Assembly: GCF_000284315.1 (NCBI RefSeq)
Contig: NC_017094.1
Location: forward strand, 309,486-341,485
DNA from: Leptospirillum ferrooxidans C2-3
GTDB lineage: Bacteria > Nitrospirota > Leptospirillia > Leptospirillales > Leptospirillaceae
Length of the DNA stretch: 32,000 bases
Direction of reading: 5' to 3'
Part shown: piece by piece, positions 29,173 to 32,000 of the stretch
Position numbering within the stretch: the stretch's first letter is position 1
How the letters are laid out: every line of letters starts with the position of its first letter
Notes under the pieces: model-generated
Told to the model about the DNA's origin: nothing
Database searches by the model: none
The model's input: only the letters and a program-made list of their open reading frames with translations
Program-made: the position numbers and the translations under genes

Positions 29173-30057
29173 TCATTCGAGCAAAAAACGGAAATCCAGT
29201 CGGTCACCTGTCAGGGGAGGACACCAGTAGTATCCTCCCCTGACAGGTCTTGAGAAAGTCAAAAGTGCATCGGTAATTCCGTCATCGAGTCCCATCATTC
29301 GCCGAAGGACATTTTCAAAAGGGTCAAGAGTTTTTCCAAAGGCGATGAACTCAAGCCCCTGCTGAAGGTTCAATGCCCAGGGCATGGATCTTCTGAGCAT
29401 ATAGGCAAAAGGAGTATAGGATTCCTGTGCGCTTCTCTTGACGTGGGCTGTTTGCGGGGCTTCGGCCAGTTCTTCGTTGGTGTCCTGCCTTCTCCCGATG
29501 ATGTTGTCCCGTTCTCTTTGGGAATGTGTCCGGAAATGTCCGAGATCATGAACCCATCTCTGGACTGCGACAAGGCTTGAACCGGAAATTCCGATTCCTC
29601 CTTCGATGATGGCAACTTCAGCCGCTTTCTCGCCACCGGGATTTTCTGTTCCGTCCTCGTATCCTGTGAGGTCTTTGCCGCCGGCATATAAAAAAGTGTC
29701 GATCTGGTCGTCAGGAGTGAATGCGTCTCCCAGAATGTTGGAAAGGTTTTCTGTTTGGTCAAAAATATCGCTGCGGTTCTCCCCCTGGAGCAAGAACCAA
29801 AGGCTTCCCTGTGTTGAGGGAGAAGAACAATTGATGCCAGAGAGTCCCGGAAAGGTCCGGAGTCCGGGGACTTTTTTGGAAAAAGAGGATACAAGGGGTT
29901 CTCCAAAACCAAGGATCCCTTGTTGAGGATCAAAAAGTTTACTCAGGTTCTGGATGGCTTTCACCGGGTCCTTTTCCGGGAGATGGCGGTAAGTCAGGGA
30001 AAGTCCCAGCGGTTTATTTCCGGAGAGAATGAGCGGCTGTGACAGGCGGGGATTCAT
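29173..30057 (-). CDS. Dyp-type peroxidase
   Basis: 294 aa; YAGGKDLTGYEDGTENP (GxxDG motif), VQRWVHDL, ERDNIIGRRQDTNEE, C-terminal GGYYWCPPL. Confidence 0.9.
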   Translation of the reverse strand: MNPRLSQPLILSGNKPLGLSLTYRHLPEKDPVKAIQNLSKLFDPQQGILGFGEPLVSSFSKKVPGLRTFPGLSGINCSSPSTQGSLWFLLQGENRSDIFDQTENLSNILGDAFTPDDQIDTFLYAGGKDLTGYEDGTENPGGEKAAEVAIIEGGIGISGSSLVAVQRWVHDLGHFRTHSQRERDNIIGRRQDTNEELAEAPQTAHVKRSAQESYTPFAYMLRRSMPWALNLQQGLEFIAFGKTLDPFENVLRRMMGLDDGITDALLTFSRPVRGGYYWCPPLTGDRLDFRFLLE

Positions 30058-30164
30058 GTGATTCTCCTTTCTGACTTAAGTTCCTCAGAACTTCAAGGAT
30101 CGTTTATTTTTCCTGGAAAAACCATCAAGAGCTTTATGAGGCTGATGATGGAGCGGGTTGCCTG

Positions 30165-31373
30165 TTACGAAGCATCGGCTCTGATGGCAACCTGATAATC
30201 ATTTTTTCCACTTTTCTTGACCTGATACATGGCTTGATCGGCTGCATGGATAATGGTTTTTGTGGAACACTCATGAAAAGGGAAGAGGCAGATTCCAATA
30301 CTGGCGCTGATGGAAAGAGTTTCCGGAATTTCCGGGTGTGAAAATGGTGCCTCCAGCACCCGCAGGAGTTTTTTTGCCAGCAATATGGGTTCCTCCTCCG
30401 AGGAGACCTTTTGAAGCAAAATGAAAAACTCATCTCCTCCAAGCCTTGAAAGCGTATCCTCGACCTGGAGGATGGCGTGAATCCGTTCGGATGTCCTGAG
30501 GAGAATCCAGTCTCCCACTTCATGGCCCCATGTATCATTGATCATCTTGAAGCCGTCAATATCGATATAGAGTCCGGCAGCATCGAAGCCGCTTTGTCTG
30601 GAATGGATGATCGCCTGTTCGATGCGGTCATCGAGAAGTTCACGGTTGGGAAGGCCTGTGAGCCGATCATGCAGAGATCGAAGAAGCTGGTGGTTGCGCT
30701 CTTCATCGAGTTCATATTCCCGGATGAAGAGCTTTCTGCGCTGCCTTTCCATGATGTATCCGGTAATGCCGCCAATGATGTTTGCCGCCAAAATGAAAAA
30801 CAGATGGTAAAAGATGATATGTGGCGGGTATCGGAAATGGACCGTTAAAAGTAAAAAATAGGACAGGATAAAGAAGATATTGAGTCTGACCGCATGGTAG
30901 AACCTGAGTCCGATGGAGTTGTACGTCCAGAAGGTAATGAGGATGATCCCGACATAATAGATCTGCTCTGATGAGGAGGGGACGTGGTTCATCGCGAGCA
31001 GGAAAAAAGCTCCTGCCGCAAAAGCGGTCAGTGACAGTATCGGTGCATGGGATTTTTGAAAAGTGGGTCGGTAGGTCAGAAAGATGGCCCATGCGCCTAC
31101 CAGGATCACCATTCCCCTAACGAGCCAAAGAAAGTAACGGTCATCCGGAGGGATAACCCAGGGATCGATTCCTCCGGAAACGACATATATGAAAACGCCG
31201 ATGAGGATGGCCCAACGGCTTTGAATCTTCAATCTTGGAACAATGGCGTCCTGGTAGGATCTTTCAAGGAGAGGATTGAAAAAGGACAGCGTCAATGGGT
31301 GCAATTCACCACGCTGTATCTGTTGTCGGCTTTTTTCTTCTATTTTGGGATTGAGGTCGTCATTATCCTGCAT
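30165..31373 (-). CDS. Membrane-anchored GGDEF-domain protein (putative diguanylate cyclase)
   Basis: 402 aa; N-terminal predicted TMs, then RLTGLPNRELLDDRIEQA, DIDGFKMINDTWGHEVGD, SRLGGDEFFILL, SISASIGICLFP, AADQAMYQVKKSGKNDY. Confidence 0.93.
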   Translation of the reverse strand: MQDNDDLNPKIEEKSRQQIQRGELHPLTLSFFNPLLERSYQDAIVPRLKIQSRWAILIGVFIYVVSGGIDPWVIPPDDRYFLWLVRGMVILVGAWAIFLTYRPTFQKSHAPILSLTAFAAGAFFLLAMNHVPSSSEQIYYVGIILITFWTYNSIGLRFYHAVRLNIFFILSYFLLLTVHFRYPPHIIFYHLFFILAANIIGGITGYIMERQRRKLFIREYELDEERNHQLLRSLHDRLTGLPNRELLDDRIEQAIIHSRQSGFDAAGLYIDIDGFKMINDTWGHEVGDWILLRTSERIHAILQVEDTLSRLGGDEFFILLQKVSSEEEPILLAKKLLRVLEAPFSHPEIPETLSISASIGICLFPFHECSTKTIIHAADQAMYQVKKSGKNDYQVAIRADAS

Positions 31374-31611
31374 CAGCCTGATCTTTATAAGAAAAAACGA
31401 TTCTTCCCGTCACTCGGTTAGACCGGTAATGCAAGTCTCATGCGGATCAGTGTAGTTTTTTTTGATGGGCGGATGTCAAGCTTTTCTGGATTCATGAACG
31501 GGAAAGCAGCCTTCGGTTTGCTTTGAGAGGCCTTTGACCTGAAAACTGTAAAAAACAGACGTTCGTCTTTTTTTGGTCCATATATTCCACTTTGATATTT
31601 GGTAATGGCAT

Positions 31612-31670
31612 TGGTACTCGGGAGGGGAATCGAACCCCTATGACCGTAAGGTCGGCGGATTTTGAGTCCG
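31612..31670 (-). pseudogene. 3' fragment of tRNA-Leu (anticodon CAA), 5' half absent; candidate att core
   Basis: Minus strand CGGACTCAAAATCCGCCGACCTTACGGTCATAGGGGTTCGATTCCCCTCCCGAGTACCA: anticodon loop CTCAAAA, long variable arm GACC-TTAC-GGTC, T arm AGGGG-TTCGATT-CCCCT, acceptor 3' strand and CCA. No ACTCGGG partner or D arm on the 5' side. Confidence 0.82.
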
Positions 31671-31693
31671 AAAATTTGCCTTTCCCCTCATAA

Positions 31694-31709
31694 AGATTTT
31701 TGAAAATCT
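31694..31709. repeat. Perfect 7-bp inverted repeat next to the tRNA fragment
   Basis: AGATTTT-TG-AAAATCT. Confidence 0.6.
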
Positions 31710-31773
31710 CAATACAGTTCTTGATTTTGTCTCATTCCCTTTAATCTGGTTTTAATCAATTTTAGTATCTGAG

Positions 31774-31801
31774 TGTCGGAGAAGTGTCGGAGATTGTCGG
31801 A
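31774..31801. repeat. Three TGTCGGA direct repeats at 10-11 bp spacing
   Basis: TGTCGGA at 31774, 31785 and 31795. Confidence 0.7.
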
Positions 31802-32000
31802 AGCCGAACGTGGCTTGTGTGCTCGATTTCCTGTTTCCGTTTTCCTTCCTTTTTTAATCCGGTTTAACCAGTTTCGATCTTTTTCATTTTTTACGACCCT
31901 TCTTAAAATGCCAAAGCGTATGCGGGTCAGATCTCCACACTCAAGGGCCTGAATCCTTTATGTGCCTCTTCCCAGCCGTATCCTGACTGATTGGAAAGGA

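Noticed and set aside
31612-31700. Complete functional tRNA-Leu.
   Set aside because: No 5' acceptor strand (ACTCGGG expected) or D arm upstream of the anticodon stem; the 27-43 pair is also lost (T/C).
31880-32000. Possible minus-strand protein C-terminus near the right edge (LSNQSGYGWEEAHKGFRPLSVEI then stop).
   Set aside because: Too short to evaluate without sequence beyond the window; could be chance.

Overview
This 32 kb window has the gene density and content of a Gram-negative chromosome, possibly an acidophilic Leptospirillum-like lineage (an impression from memory, not tested). Main blocks: (1) an RND efflux permease on the minus strand whose reading frame runs without a stop into a periplasmic-adaptor lipoprotein and off the left edge; (2) panC-pabB, a Fic protein on the opposite strand, and pabC; (3) a minus-strand ExbB-ExbD-TonB-hypothetical-YVTN beta-propeller operon next to two large paralogous TonB-dependent receptors (TBDTs) and an orphan OmpR-type response regulator. 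The second receptor is split by an IS21-family element. The element's ends (19154..21610), its 5-bp target duplication (GGAAC) and the exact in-frame pre-insertion protein (949 aa) can be reconstructed; (4) TetR, DsrE-like protein and YeiH-type transporter, with a perfect 18-bp palindrome whose half-site recurs upstream of tetR and upstream of the split receptor; (5) a second RND permease/adaptor pair, a Dyp-type peroxidase and a membrane GGDEF protein; (6) a 59-nt 3' fragment of a tRNA-Leu(CAA) near the right edge, followed by short direct and inverted repeats, which looks like an integration (att) boundary. The strongest findings are the permease-adaptor fusion frame, the resolved IS21 disruption of a receptor, the truncated tRNA/att boundary, and the operator-like repeats beside fic and tetR.
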